From an uncultured Chloroflexia bacterium (lineage in GTDB: Bacteria; Chloroflexota; Limnocylindria; Limnocylindrales; CSP1-4), in NCBI GenBank assembly GCA_963713075.1, contig CAVQKO010000013.1, positions 81,487-145,486 of the forward strand: a stretch of DNA of 64,000 nucleotides, written 5' to 3'. Below are positions 29,756 to 38,100 of this stretch, in pieces (position 1 is the stretch's first letter; every line of letters begins with the position of its first letter). The position numbers and the translations under genes are program-made. The notes below the pieces were generated by a model. That model made no database searches, was not told the origin of the DNA, and was given only the letters and a program-made list of their open reading frames with translations.

Positions 29756-30507
29756 AGCAACTGATTGTCTTCGATCTCGACGGCACGCTTGCCGAGAGCA
29801 AGTCGTCCGTGGGGCCCGCGGTGGCGGGCTTGATCCACGACCTCCTCGGGATCGTCAAGGTGGCCGTCATCTCGGGGGGCAACTGGCCGCAGTTCGAGGA
29901 GCAGGTGCTCGCCGGCCTCCCGTGCGACGAGCGGCTGGCGAACCTGTCCCTGCTCCCGACGTGTGGGACGAAGTTCCTCCGCTACGACGACGGCAAGTGG
30001 GCCGAGATCTACTCGGAGGACCTCAGCCCGGCCGAGCGGCGCAAGATCATCAGCTCGCTGGAGCAGGCGTTCGACACCGCGGGGCTCACCGTCGAGCGGG
30101 TCTGGGGCGAGGTGGTGGAGGACAGGGGAAGCCAGGTCACCTTCTCCGCCCTTGGGCAGCAGGCCCCCCTCGACGCCAAGACCGCCTGGGACCCCGACTT
30201 CGCCAAGCGCCGGAAGATCGTCGGGATCCTCGACACGCTGATCCCCGAGTTCTCCGTCCGGATGGGCGGCGCGACCTCGATCGACGTCACCAAGCCCGGC
30301 ATCGACAAGGCCTACGGGATCCGCAAGCTCCGCGACACGCTCGGCATTCCGCTCAGCGACATGATCTTCATCGGCGACGCCCTGTTCCCGGGCGGGAACG
30401 ACTATCCGGCCGAGGAGGCAGGGGTGGACTCGATCCCGGTGAAAGGGCCCGAGGAGACCAGGCTGGTGGTCCAGACGATCATCGCGTGCCTGGCTCCCGA
30501 ACCATGA
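29752..30507 (+). CDS. HAD-IIB family hydrolase, phosphomannomutase-like
   Basis: ATGA overlap. 'FDLDGTL', 'ISGG', 'GDALFPGGNDY' and a cap resembling eukaryotic-type phosphomannomutase or sugar phosphatases. Confidence 0.7.
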   Translation: MKQLIVFDLDGTLAESKSSVGPAVAGLIHDLLGIVKVAVISGGNWPQFEEQVLAGLPCDERLANLSLLPTCGTKFLRYDDGKWAEIYSEDLSPAERRKIISSLEQAFDTAGLTVERVWGEVVEDRGSQVTFSALGQQAPLDAKTAWDPDFAKRRKIVGILDTLIPEFSVRMGGATSIDVTKPGIDKAYGIRKLRDTLGIPLSDMIFIGDALFPGGNDYPAEEAGVDSIPVKGPEETRLVVQTIIACLAPEP

Positions 30508-30604
30508 TCGCACCCGCGCCCGCCAGGACAGGCTTCGAGCTCCACCGCCTGGGGACTGTGATGGAGCTTGCTCGTACGGCGGCCAGAACAGGAAGGTCGC
30601 GATC

Positions 30605-33295
30605 ATGAGTCCGAAGGCAGTCGTGGCCGAGGCGAAGCCGGCGGCCACGCCGGGATCGAAGGACGACCTCAAGACGCTCCCCATGCCGGAGCTGCTGGCG
30701 AAGCTCGGGTCCTCGGCCGACGGCCTCACGCAGGCCGAGGCCCAGAAGCGCCTGGCCCAGTACGGGCCCAACGAGATCGAGGAGAAGAAGGACAACCCGT
30801 TCCTGAAGTTCCTGACCTACTTCTGGGGCCCGATCCCGTGGATGATCGAGGCGGCGGTCGTGCTCTCGGCGCTGGCCCAGCACTGGCCCGACTTCTTCAT
30901 CATCCTGCTGCTGCTGCTGGCCAACGCCGTGGTCGGATTCTGGGAGGAGCACCAGGCCGGCAACGCGATCGCGGCCCTGAAGGCCAAGCTCGCCGTCGAG
31001 GCCACGGCGAGGCGCGACGGGACGTGGGTGACCCCGCCGGCGCGCGAGCTGGTGCCGGGCGACGTCATCCGCCTGCGCCTGGGCGCGATCGTGCCCGCGG
31101 ACGCCCGCCTGCTCGCCGGCGATCCCGTCGAGGTGGACCAGTCCGCGCTGACAGGGGAATCGCTGCCGGCGACGCGCAAGCCCGGCGAGGCCGTGTTCTC
31201 GGGGTCGATCGTGCGCCAGGGCGAGATCGACGCGATGGTCTACGCCACCGGGGCGAACACCTACTTCGGCAGGACCGCGCAGCTCGTGCAGGAGGCGCAG
31301 ACCATCAGCCACTTCCAGCGGGCGGTGCTCAAGATCGGGGACTACCTGATCGTCCTCGCGGTGGCGCTCGTCGCCATCATCATCTTGGTCGCGCTGTTCC
31401 GCGGCGACCATATGCTCACCACGCTGCAGTTCGCGCTCGTGCTGACCGTCGCCGCGATCCCGGTGGCGATGCCGACGGTGCTGTCGGTGACGATGGCCGT
31501 CGGCGCGCGCAAGCTGGCCGGGCGCGAGGCGATTGTCACCCGCCTCGCGGCGATCGAGGAGCTCGCGGGCGTGGACGTCCTGTGCGCGGACAAGACCGGC
31601 ACGCTCACCCAGAACAAGCTGACGCTCGGCGACCCGTTCAGCGTGAGCGGCGTCCCCGGCGACCAGGTGGTCCTCTGCGCCGCGCTGGCGTCACGCGCCG
31701 AGGACAAGGACACCATCGACCTCGCCGTGCTGGGCGGGATCACCGACGACCAGGCCCTCAAGGACTACACGGTGGTCCACTTCCAGCCGTTCGACCCGGT
31801 CCACAAGCGCACCGAGGCCACCGTCAAGGGCCCAGACGGCAAGCAGTTCCGCGTCGCCAAGGGCGCGCCGCAGGTGATCCTGGAGATGTCAGCCGACGCT
31901 GGGAAGGTGAAGACTGCGGTCGACGGGGCGGTCGACGAGTTCGCGGCCCGGGGCTTCCGGTCGCTCGGCGTCGCCAGGGCGGGCAGTCGCGGCGACTGGC
32001 ACTTCATCGGCGTGCTGCCCCTCTTCGATCCGCCGCGCGACGAGGCCAAGGCGACCATCGCGAGCGCCCGCCAGATGGGCGTGGCGGTCAAGATGGTGAC
32101 GGGAGACGCCATCGCCATCGCCCGGGAGACGGCCGGCAAGCTCGGCATGGGGACCGACATCCTCGACGCCGGCGGCTTCGGCGACGCCAAGCACCACGAG
32201 ACCGCGCAGCTCGCGGCGTCGATCGAGCACGCCGACGGCTTCGCCCAGGTGTTCCCCGAGCACAAGTTCCACATCATCGACGTCCTGCAGCGGGGCGGCC
32301 ACATCGTGGGTATGACGGGCGACGGGGTGAACGACGCCCCAGCCCTCAAGAAGGCCGACTGCGGGATCGCCGTCTCGGGCGCCACGGACGCGGCCCGCGC
32401 GGCGGCCTCCATCGTGCTCCTGACGCCCGGCCTCTCGGTGATCATCGACGCGATCAGGGAGAGCCGCCGCATCTTCCAGCGGATGAACAGCTACGCGATC
32501 TACCGGATCGCCGAGACGCTGCGCGTCCTGCTGTTCATGACGCTCGCGATCCTGGTGTTCAACTTCTACCCGGTCACCGCGGTGATGATCGTGATGCTGG
32601 CGCTGCTCAACGACGGCGCCATCCTGTCCATCGCCTACGACAACGTCCACTACAAGCTCAAGCCCGAGGCGTGGAACATGCGCCTCGTGCTGGGCGTCGC
32701 CACCGTCCTCGGCGTCGCGGGCGTCGTCGCCGCGTTCGGCCTGTTCTATCTCGGCGAGCGCGTCTTCAACCTCGACCGCGACCACATCCAGACGCTGATG
32801 TACCTCAAGCTGTCGGTAGCCGGCCACCTGACGATCTTCCTCACCCGCACGCGCGGCCCGTTCTGGTCCATCCGCCCCGCGAAGGTGCTGCTCCTCGCCG
32901 TGTTCGGCACGCAGGCGGTGGCGACGCTGATCGCCGTGTTCGGCATCTTCATGACGCCGCTCGGCTGGGGCTGGGCGCTGTTCGTGTGGGCCTACGCGCT
33001 TGCCTGGTTCCTCGTCAACGACCGTGTGAAGCTGCTCGCGTACCGGATCCTCGATCCCACGAAGGAGCCGCTGCTGGCCAAGCGGCCGCGAGATCGGCGG
33101 CCGCAGATCGCCGCACGGGCATACGAGCTGTACCAGCAGAGAGTCCGCGGCGAAGGCCAGGCAGATCGAGACTGGCTCCAGGCGGAGCGCGAGGTGGGCG
33201 CGCCCGACGCCGAGGCGAGCCGCCCGGCCGAGCCCGCGCCCGACGCGACGCCTGACCGCCCGACCGAGCCTGCGCCAAAGGCCACAGCTCGTTGA
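30605..33295 (+). CDS. P3A-type plasma-membrane H+-ATPase-like P-type ATPase with C-terminal DUF2934-like tail
   Basis: GGAAGG upstream. 'CADKTGTLTQNKLT', 'GDGVNDAPALKKADCGIAV' and ten transmembrane segments. The C-terminal 'ARAYELYQQRVRGEGQADRDWLQAEREV' resembles DUF2934. Confidence 0.9.
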   Translation: MSPKAVVAEAKPAATPGSKDDLKTLPMPELLAKLGSSADGLTQAEAQKRLAQYGPNEIEEKKDNPFLKFLTYFWGPIPWMIEAAVVLSALAQHWPDFFIILLLLLANAVVGFWEEHQAGNAIAALKAKLAVEATARRDGTWVTPPARELVPGDVIRLRLGAIVPADARLLAGDPVEVDQSALTGESLPATRKPGEAVFSGSIVRQGEIDAMVYATGANTYFGRTAQLVQEAQTISHFQRAVLKIGDYLIVLAVALVAIIILVALFRGDHMLTTLQFALVLTVAAIPVAMPTVLSVTMAVGARKLAGREAIVTRLAAIEELAGVDVLCADKTGTLTQNKLTLGDPFSVSGVPGDQVVLCAALASRAEDKDTIDLAVLGGITDDQALKDYTVVHFQPFDPVHKRTEATVKGPDGKQFRVAKGAPQVILEMSADAGKVKTAVDGAVDEFAARGFRSLGVARAGSRGDWHFIGVLPLFDPPRDEAKATIASARQMGVAVKMVTGDAIAIARETAGKLGMGTDILDAGGFGDAKHHETAQLAASIEHADGFAQVFPEHKFHIIDVLQRGGHIVGMTGDGVNDAPALKKADCGIAVSGATDAARAAASIVLLTPGLSVIIDAIRESRRIFQRMNSYAIYRIAETLRVLLFMTLAILVFNFYPVTAVMIVMLALLNDGAILSIAYDNVHYKLKPEAWNMRLVLGVATVLGVAGVVAAFGLFYLGERVFNLDRDHIQTLMYLKLSVAGHLTIFLTRTRGPFWSIRPAKVLLLAVFGTQAVATLIAVFGIFMTPLGWGWALFVWAYALAWFLVNDRVKLLAYRILDPTKEPLLAKRPRDRRPQIAARAYELYQQRVRGEGQADRDWLQAEREVGAPDAEASRPAEPAPDATPDRPTEPAPKATAR

Positions 33296-33312
33296 CCGTG
33301 AAGGCTGAGACG

Positions 33313-33930
33313 ATGAGCGAAGCGCCTTCCACGACCTGCCTGTTCCTGGACATCGGCGGCGTTCTGCTGACTAACGGGTGGGATCACGAGGCCCGTCAAC
33401 GGGCGGCCACGAACTTCCAGTTGGACGCGGCCGAGACGGAGGAACGGCATCAGCTGGTCGTCGACACCTACGAGGAGGGAAGGCTCACGCTCGAGGCGTA
33501 CCTGGACCGGGTGATCTTCCATCAGCAGCGAACCTTCACTCGAGCGCAGTTTCAGCGCTTCATGTTCGCGCAATCCCACGCCTACCCCGAGATGCTCGAC
33601 CTGATCGCTCGGCTCAAGGTCCGTCACAGGCTGAAGATCGTCGTGGTGAGCAATGAGGGCCGCGAGCTGAACGAGCACCGGATCCGCACCTTCGAGCTGG
33701 CCGGGTTGGTGGATGCGTTCATCACCTCCTGCTTCGTCCACGTCCGCAAGCCCGACGCCGACATCTTTCGGCTCGCGCTGGACATTGCACAGGCGCCGCC
33801 CGGGAACGTGGTCTACATCGAGAACACCCCGATGTTCGTCGAGATCGCGGAAGCCCTTGGGCTTCGAGGCATTCACCACACGGATTACGAGACCACTCGC
33901 GCCAAGCTGGCCGCGCTGGGTCTGGCCTGA
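33313..33930 (+). CDS. HAD-IA family hydrolase
   Basis: 'CLFLDIGGVLLTNGWD...VVVSNEGRELNEHRI...VHVRKPDADIF...VVYIENT'. A TTG at 33292 would give a 4-nt overlap with the ATPase stop. Confidence 0.7.
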   Translation: MSEAPSTTCLFLDIGGVLLTNGWDHEARQRAATNFQLDAAETEERHQLVVDTYEEGRLTLEAYLDRVIFHQQRTFTRAQFQRFMFAQSHAYPEMLDLIARLKVRHRLKIVVVSNEGRELNEHRIRTFELAGLVDAFITSCFVHVRKPDADIFRLALDIAQAPPGNVVYIENTPMFVEIAEALGLRGIHHTDYETTRAKLAALGLA

Positions 33931-33999
33931 GGGGCACGCTCGGCCCGTACGACGCAAAGGCCGGGACTCCGCCGGTCGTGATCGGAAAGGAAGGCCACC

Positions 34000-34560
34000 G
34001 TGAATGGATCCGGACATCCGGCCGCCGGGGAGCCGCCCGATGACCTCGCAGGGGTCGATGCCCGCGTGGCGGAGTTGGCCAACAACGACGACTCCGTTCG
34101 CAAGGAGGCCCGGTTGGCGCTAGTGCGTGCCGGGCACCCTGCTGTGGCCGGACTCGTCGAGGCACTCGCGGACCCGCGTCGACAGGTGCGGTGGGAGGCC
34201 GCCATGACGCTTGAATGGATGGCGGACCCCGATGCGGCTGCGGCACTCGTGGGCGCGCTCAGGGATCGGGACTTCTCCGTCCGCTGGCTGGCAGCCAAAG
34301 GGATCGTGGCCCTCGGCGATGAGGGTCTGGCGCCGCTCCTTCGGGAGCTCGTGGAGCATTCCGACTCCAACGCCCTGCGGGAGAGCGCCCGACACGTTCT
34401 GCACGACCTGTCCAACAGGGGAGGGCGGCGCCGTCGGACGCTGCTTCAGCCGCTGCTCGCCGCGCTCGATGACGTCGAGCCGGTGCTGGCGGTGCCGCCC
34501 GCGGCAGCGGCCGTCCTTCAGGCTGTGATCCGCGCACGTCCCGAAGGCGACCGGCACTGA
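34000..34560 (+). CDS. HEAT-repeat (PBS-lyase-like) protein
   Basis: GTG start with AAGGAAGG 6 nt upstream. Repeats of 'VRxxAAxALxxxGDPxAVxxLxxALxDxDxxVRxxAA'. Confidence 0.6.
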   Translation: MNGSGHPAAGEPPDDLAGVDARVAELANNDDSVRKEARLALVRAGHPAVAGLVEALADPRRQVRWEAAMTLEWMADPDAAAALVGALRDRDFSVRWLAAKGIVALGDEGLAPLLRELVEHSDSNALRESARHVLHDLSNRGGRRRRTLLQPLLAALDDVEPVLAVPPAAAAVLQAVIRARPEGDRH

Positions 34561-34679
34561 CCCGACCACCACGGAGCCGGTCGGGCGTGGGCATCGACCC
34601 ACAAAGGGCTGCGCGGTCGACATGTACGGTGCCGGCATCCATCCACGCTGGGGGCCGCCACCCCCGCTCGTGGGCGCGC

Positions 34680-35069
34680 TCAGGGACCGCGACTGCTCCC
34701 GCCCCGGCGGTCGAGGGCCGACTGCTCGTCGACGGTACGCTCGGCGAGCGGATCGGCCGCCAACCGGTCAGGCGGGATGGGGGCGCCGCTCTCGACGGAC
34801 TTGCCATACGTGCCCGCGTCGAGGCGCTGTGCTGCCCGGTCGGCTTCGAGCAGTCGGCCGCGCAGGCCGGCCGCGACGGCCATGGCGACTTCCTCGGCGG
34901 CCACCTCGGTGCCAGACTCCGAGGTGTCGCCAGCCTGCTGGCTCTGCAGGTCACCCTCGGCCCGCACGGCACCGTCGACGTCAGCGAGCGCCGACTCGAT
35001 GCGGGCCCGCTCCGCGGCCACGAGGCGGCGGGCGCGCGTGACATCGATGCCGTCCTTGTCAGCCATCAT
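34680..35069 (-). CDS. DksA/TraR-family protein lacking the Cys4 zinc finger
   Basis: ATGATG start with GGAG upstream. The C-terminal 'RLDAGTYGKSVESGAPIPPDRLAADPLAERTV' aligns to the DksA 'ADGTYGxCExCGExIpxxRLxAxPxAxxC' region with Cys replaced by K/S/A. Confidence 0.5.
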   Translation of the reverse strand: MMADKDGIDVTRARRLVAAERARIESALADVDGAVRAEGDLQSQQAGDTSESGTEVAAEEVAMAVAAGLRGRLLEADRAAQRLDAGTYGKSVESGAPIPPDRLAADPLAERTVDEQSALDRRGGSSRGP

Positions 35070-35270
35070 GCAACTCCGGCGTCGGCGAGGACGGGCCTCA
35101 CCGCCGCGATCGGCACCGTCTGCGCGAGAACGAAGTGCGCGGGGTCGAGCTGCCAGGGTGCCATCGCGTCTCCTTGTCGATACCTCCCCTGTGGCGAGTC
35201 GACGATGCCCGCGGATGGGGCTCGCGACAAGGGTGGGGTCCTCCTGGGCCCGGTCCAGTCTCCGACCGCG

Positions 35271-35293
35271 GGCGCACCGGGGTCATGACCGTC
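35271..35293. repeat. palindromic motif copy c (gGTCATGACCgtcCGTCATGACG)
   Basis: Two GTCATGAC palindromes, nested in a larger inverted repeat GGCGCACCGG...CCGGTGCGCC (35262-35309). It lies in the divergent DksA-like / cupin intergenic region. Confidence 0.6.
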
Positions 35294-35399
35294 CGTCATG
35301 ACGCGACACCCGGTGCGCCGCAAGATCCGATCGGCGGCATGGCGCCGGGCGCCCGTCGGGCGCCCGCCAGCGGCCGTGCCCGCCGAGAGCAGGTCCACC

Positions 35400-35786
35400 A
35401 TGGCGCTCAACGTCGACATCATCGGGGCCGCACGCGCGAACTCCAACTTCCGCAAGGTCCTCTCCACTGGCCCGCATGCCCAGGTCGTGGTGATGAGCAT
35501 CCCGCCCGGCGGCGAGATCGGCGCGGAGGCGCACGACCATCTCGACCAGGTCCTGGTGTTCGTGGATGGCGTCGGCATCGCACAGCTGGGCGGCGAGGAG
35601 AGCGCGGTCAGCGCCGGACGCCTCGTCCTCGTCCCGGCCGGCATGCACCACAACGTCGTCAACACCGGCACGGCCGACCTGCGGCTGTACACGATCTATG
35701 CGCCGCCGCAGCATGCCCCGGGCACGGTGCACCGCACCAAGGCTGTGGCAGACGCCGACGAGGCTGACCACTTCGTCCCGGCCTGA
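35400..35786 (+). CDS. cupin-domain protein
   Basis: 'VVVMSIPPGGEIGAEAHDHLDQVLVFVDGVGIAQLGGEE...LVLVPAGMHHNVVNTG' carries both cupin motifs. Confidence 0.7.
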   Translation: MALNVDIIGAARANSNFRKVLSTGPHAQVVVMSIPPGGEIGAEAHDHLDQVLVFVDGVGIAQLGGEESAVSAGRLVLVPAGMHHNVVNTGTADLRLYTIYAPPQHAPGTVHRTKAVADADEADHFVPA

Positions 35787-35839
35787 GCAATCCTCGGCGC
35801 CGATCTCGTCGGCGCGGGCCAGCAGAAAGGAACCATCCA

Positions 35840-36106
35840 ATGGGCATCCTCGCCTGGATCGTCATCGGTGCAATCGCCGGCTTCCTGGCCAAGACCATCA
35901 TGGGCTCCCGCGAGGGCCTCGTGATGACGGTCGTGCTGGGCGTGGCCGGCGGACTCGTCGGCGGCTTCATCGCGACCCGCCTCCTGAAGGTGGGCTCGGT
36001 GGACGGCGTCAACGTCGAGAGCGTCGCCATTGCCACTCTGGGCGCCGTGGCGGTCCTTGTCGCTGCAAGGCTGCTGCAGGGCTCGCGCCGACTCCGGCTC
36101 CGCTGA
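35840..36106 (+). CDS. GlsB/YeaQ/YmgE-family stress membrane protein (second paralog)
   Basis: AAAGGA upstream. 'MGILAWIVIGAIAGFLAKTIMG...GGLVGGFIATRLL'. Confidence 0.75.
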   Translation: MGILAWIVIGAIAGFLAKTIMGSREGLVMTVVLGVAGGLVGGFIATRLLKVGSVDGVNVESVAIATLGAVAVLVAARLLQGSRRLRLR

Positions 36107-36138
36107 GGCTCCCGCTCTCTCCGCTGAGACTCCCGCTC
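36097..36138. repeat. 21-bp tandem repeat x2 (TCCGCTGAGgCTCCCGCTCTC / TCCGCTGAGaCTCCCGCTCTC)
   Basis: Two tandem copies with one mismatch, beginning in the last codons of the glsB paralog. Confidence 0.5.
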
Positions 36139-36383
36139 TCGGCGGCGACGCGGCACCCGCCTGGACAGGTGGCTGGATCAGGTCGTCTCGTCGAGCGACC
36201 GAACCCCTCCCAGGTCGGCTCGTCCGCCTCCAATCACGAAGGCTCAGCCATCGCGCGCGTCGCGGCGGCGCACGCGGCTCGGCGAGTACCATCGGCACTC
36301 GTCAGGTCCGTTCGATCAGCCCTGCCGGACGACGGCCAACCCGTGGGATAATCCAAGCGCATCATCGAGTGCCTGGAGCAGCA

Positions 36384-37166
36384 GTGTCCGCGGACCCCAC
36401 GATCGAGCAGAGCACCGACGCGCGCCGCGCGCTCGTGCTCCACGACCGCGAGCTCGTCGTGGACCTGATCGAGCTGACGCTGAACCACGGCCTGTTCGTG
36501 GTGCGGGCAGCGCGGGACCTGGCCGAGGCCGACGCGATCCTGGCGGACTGGCACCCGCACCTCGCCGTCGTCGACATGGACCACGACGACAGCACGGCCT
36601 TGCTCGGGCACCTCGGGGAGTCGAACCGGCTGCGGGAGCGGACCACGCCGGCCCTCGGCCTGACCCGCCGCGGCGACCTGCGGACCAAGCTCCGCGCGTT
36701 CGACCTCGGGGTCGACGACATCATCACGGTGCCGTTCTCGCCCGAGGAGCTGCTCGCGCGCGCGATCGTCATCACCCGGCGGGCCACCGGCTCGGACCGG
36801 CCGATGGTGCCGACGATCCGCCTGGGCGAGATGGAGATCGACATCCTCGGCCGCGAGGTGCGCACCGGCACGTCCGTCATCCACCTGACCGGCATCGAGC
36901 AGAGCCTGCTGTACCTGCTCGCGAGCCGGGCCGGGCGCGTGGTGACGCGGGACGAGATCCTCGACGCGGTCTGGGGCACCGACTTCGTGGCCGAGTCCAA
37001 CATCGTCGACCGGCACATCCGCAGCCTGCGCATCAAGCTCCAGAACGACTACCGCCACCCGCGGTTCATCGCGACGGTCCCGGGCGGCGGGTACCGGTTC
37101 ATCCCGGTGTTCTCCAACACGGGCTGGGGCGGCAGCGGGCCGGAGGGCGAGCACCCGGCGCACTGA
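36384..37166 (+). CDS. OmpR/PhoB-family response regulator with atypical receiver (orphan)
   Basis: GTG start with GGAG upstream. A GTG at 36369 is also possible. The winged helix 'LTGIEQSLLYLLASRAGRVVTRDEILDAVWG...VDRHIRSLRIKL...GGGYRF' is intact. The receiver has 'HDRE' in place of the DD pair and 'TVPF' in place of KPF. Confidence 0.75.
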   Translation: MSADPTIEQSTDARRALVLHDRELVVDLIELTLNHGLFVVRAARDLAEADAILADWHPHLAVVDMDHDDSTALLGHLGESNRLRERTTPALGLTRRGDLRTKLRAFDLGVDDIITVPFSPEELLARAIVITRRATGSDRPMVPTIRLGEMEIDILGREVRTGTSVIHLTGIEQSLLYLLASRAGRVVTRDEILDAVWGTDFVAESNIVDRHIRSLRIKLQNDYRHPRFIATVPGGGYRFIPVFSNTGWGGSGPEGEHPAH

Positions 37167-37183
37167 CCGGCCGACGTCCGGGC

Positions 37184-37202
37184 ATGACGGACCGTCATGA
37201 CG
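37184..37202. repeat. palindromic motif copy d (ATGACGGaCCGTCATGACG)
   Basis: A 7-bp inverted repeat with a 1-nt spacer plus the CGTCATGACG palindrome. It lies 18 nt after the response-regulator stop and 95 nt before a small membrane ORF. Flanked by GCGCAC...GTGCGC. Confidence 0.6.
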
Positions 37203-37297
37203 CGCACCGTGCGCTGACGGAGTCTCTGAGGCATGCCGCCACCCACCGCCGCCCGTCGGGCGGCTTGCCGGCGCCGCGGCACTGACGGAGCCGTCCC

Positions 37298-37474
37298 ATG
37301 GCGACCCTTGCACGCCCCAGCGACCACGCGCCGGAGCGCATCCGCGACTTGCCTGCCGCGTCGCCGGTCACGCGGCGACAGTCGGCCGAGGCGGTCGGGC
37401 TGCTGGTCGGGCTCCTCCTCGTCCTCCTCGCGGTGGCGCTGAGCACCGGCGCCCCGATCGGCATCGGGCAGTGA
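37298..37474 (+). CDS. possible small membrane protein (58 aa)
   Basis: Not in the ORF track because it is under 60 aa. High third-position GC. The product ends in a hydrophobic helix (VGLLVGLLLVLLAVALS). Confidence 0.3.
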   Translation: MATLARPSDHAPERIRDLPAASPVTRRQSAEAVGLLVGLLLVLLAVALSTGAPIGIGQ

Positions 37475-37656
37475 GCGTCCGCTCGCCGGTCGTGCGCGCC
37501 GGGTTTGCCGATGCCGTGCCGCCCGTCGGCCCGGCGCCGCAGGAGGTGCCGGTGCTCCACGCGGCCGTGCGGAGTGCCGTGCTCGTGGCCCTCGCGGTCA
37601 TGCTGGTCTTCGTCCTGCTGCCGGCGCTGCTCGGCGCCGCCAGCCACGGGATGTAG
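37471..37656 (+). CDS. possible small membrane protein (61 aa)
   Basis: GTGA overlap with the preceding small ORF. C-terminal transmembrane segment 'VLVALAVMLVFVLLPALLGAA'. Confidence 0.3.
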   Translation: MSVRSPVVRAGFADAVPPVGPAPQEVPVLHAAVRSAVLVALAVMLVFVLLPALLGAASHGM

Positions 37657-37899
37657 GTAGCGACCTCCCTCATGGGCGCGGGCGGGCAGGCCGCCTTGCC
37701 AGTGCTCGGCGATGCCCGGTCGCGCCGGGCAATCGCCCTGCCGGCGGCCCATGATTGGCCGTCCGGTCATCGGACCCCGTCGCACGGACGGCGGCGCTGG
37801 CCCGGACCCGGTCTCCGGACCGTGGCATCCGGCCGGCGAAGCCCGGCGCGGCGGGGTCCCTCCACGTGTCGCCGGCCACGCACTGCGCGGACCCGAATG

Positions 37900-37921
37900 A
37901 CGCAGCGTCATGACGTCCCGT
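37900..37921. repeat. palindromic motif copy e (ATGACGcagCGTCATGACGtcc)
   Basis: ATGACG/CGTCAT inverted repeat plus the CGTCATGACG palindrome. It lies in the 620-nt intergenic region upstream of the ComB-like gene. Confidence 0.55.
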
Positions 37922-38082
37922 AGCGTCAGGTCCATCGTCGCTCGGGCCCGGCGGGACTCACTGACTGACAGCGATTTCAGCCGGGTGTTCCCGTTGCCGC
38001 CGGCCCGGGGCCGGGGCGCCTCGGGCGCCAGCGATGCGGCGAATCCGGGTCGCGCTGAAGGGGGCGCGTGCTCACCCCGCGG

Positions 38083-38100
38083 CGGACCGATGACGGACCG
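38083..38100. repeat. palindromic motif copy f (degenerate: ATGACGGaCCGCCATGG)
   Basis: One mismatch relative to copy d. Confidence 0.4.
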
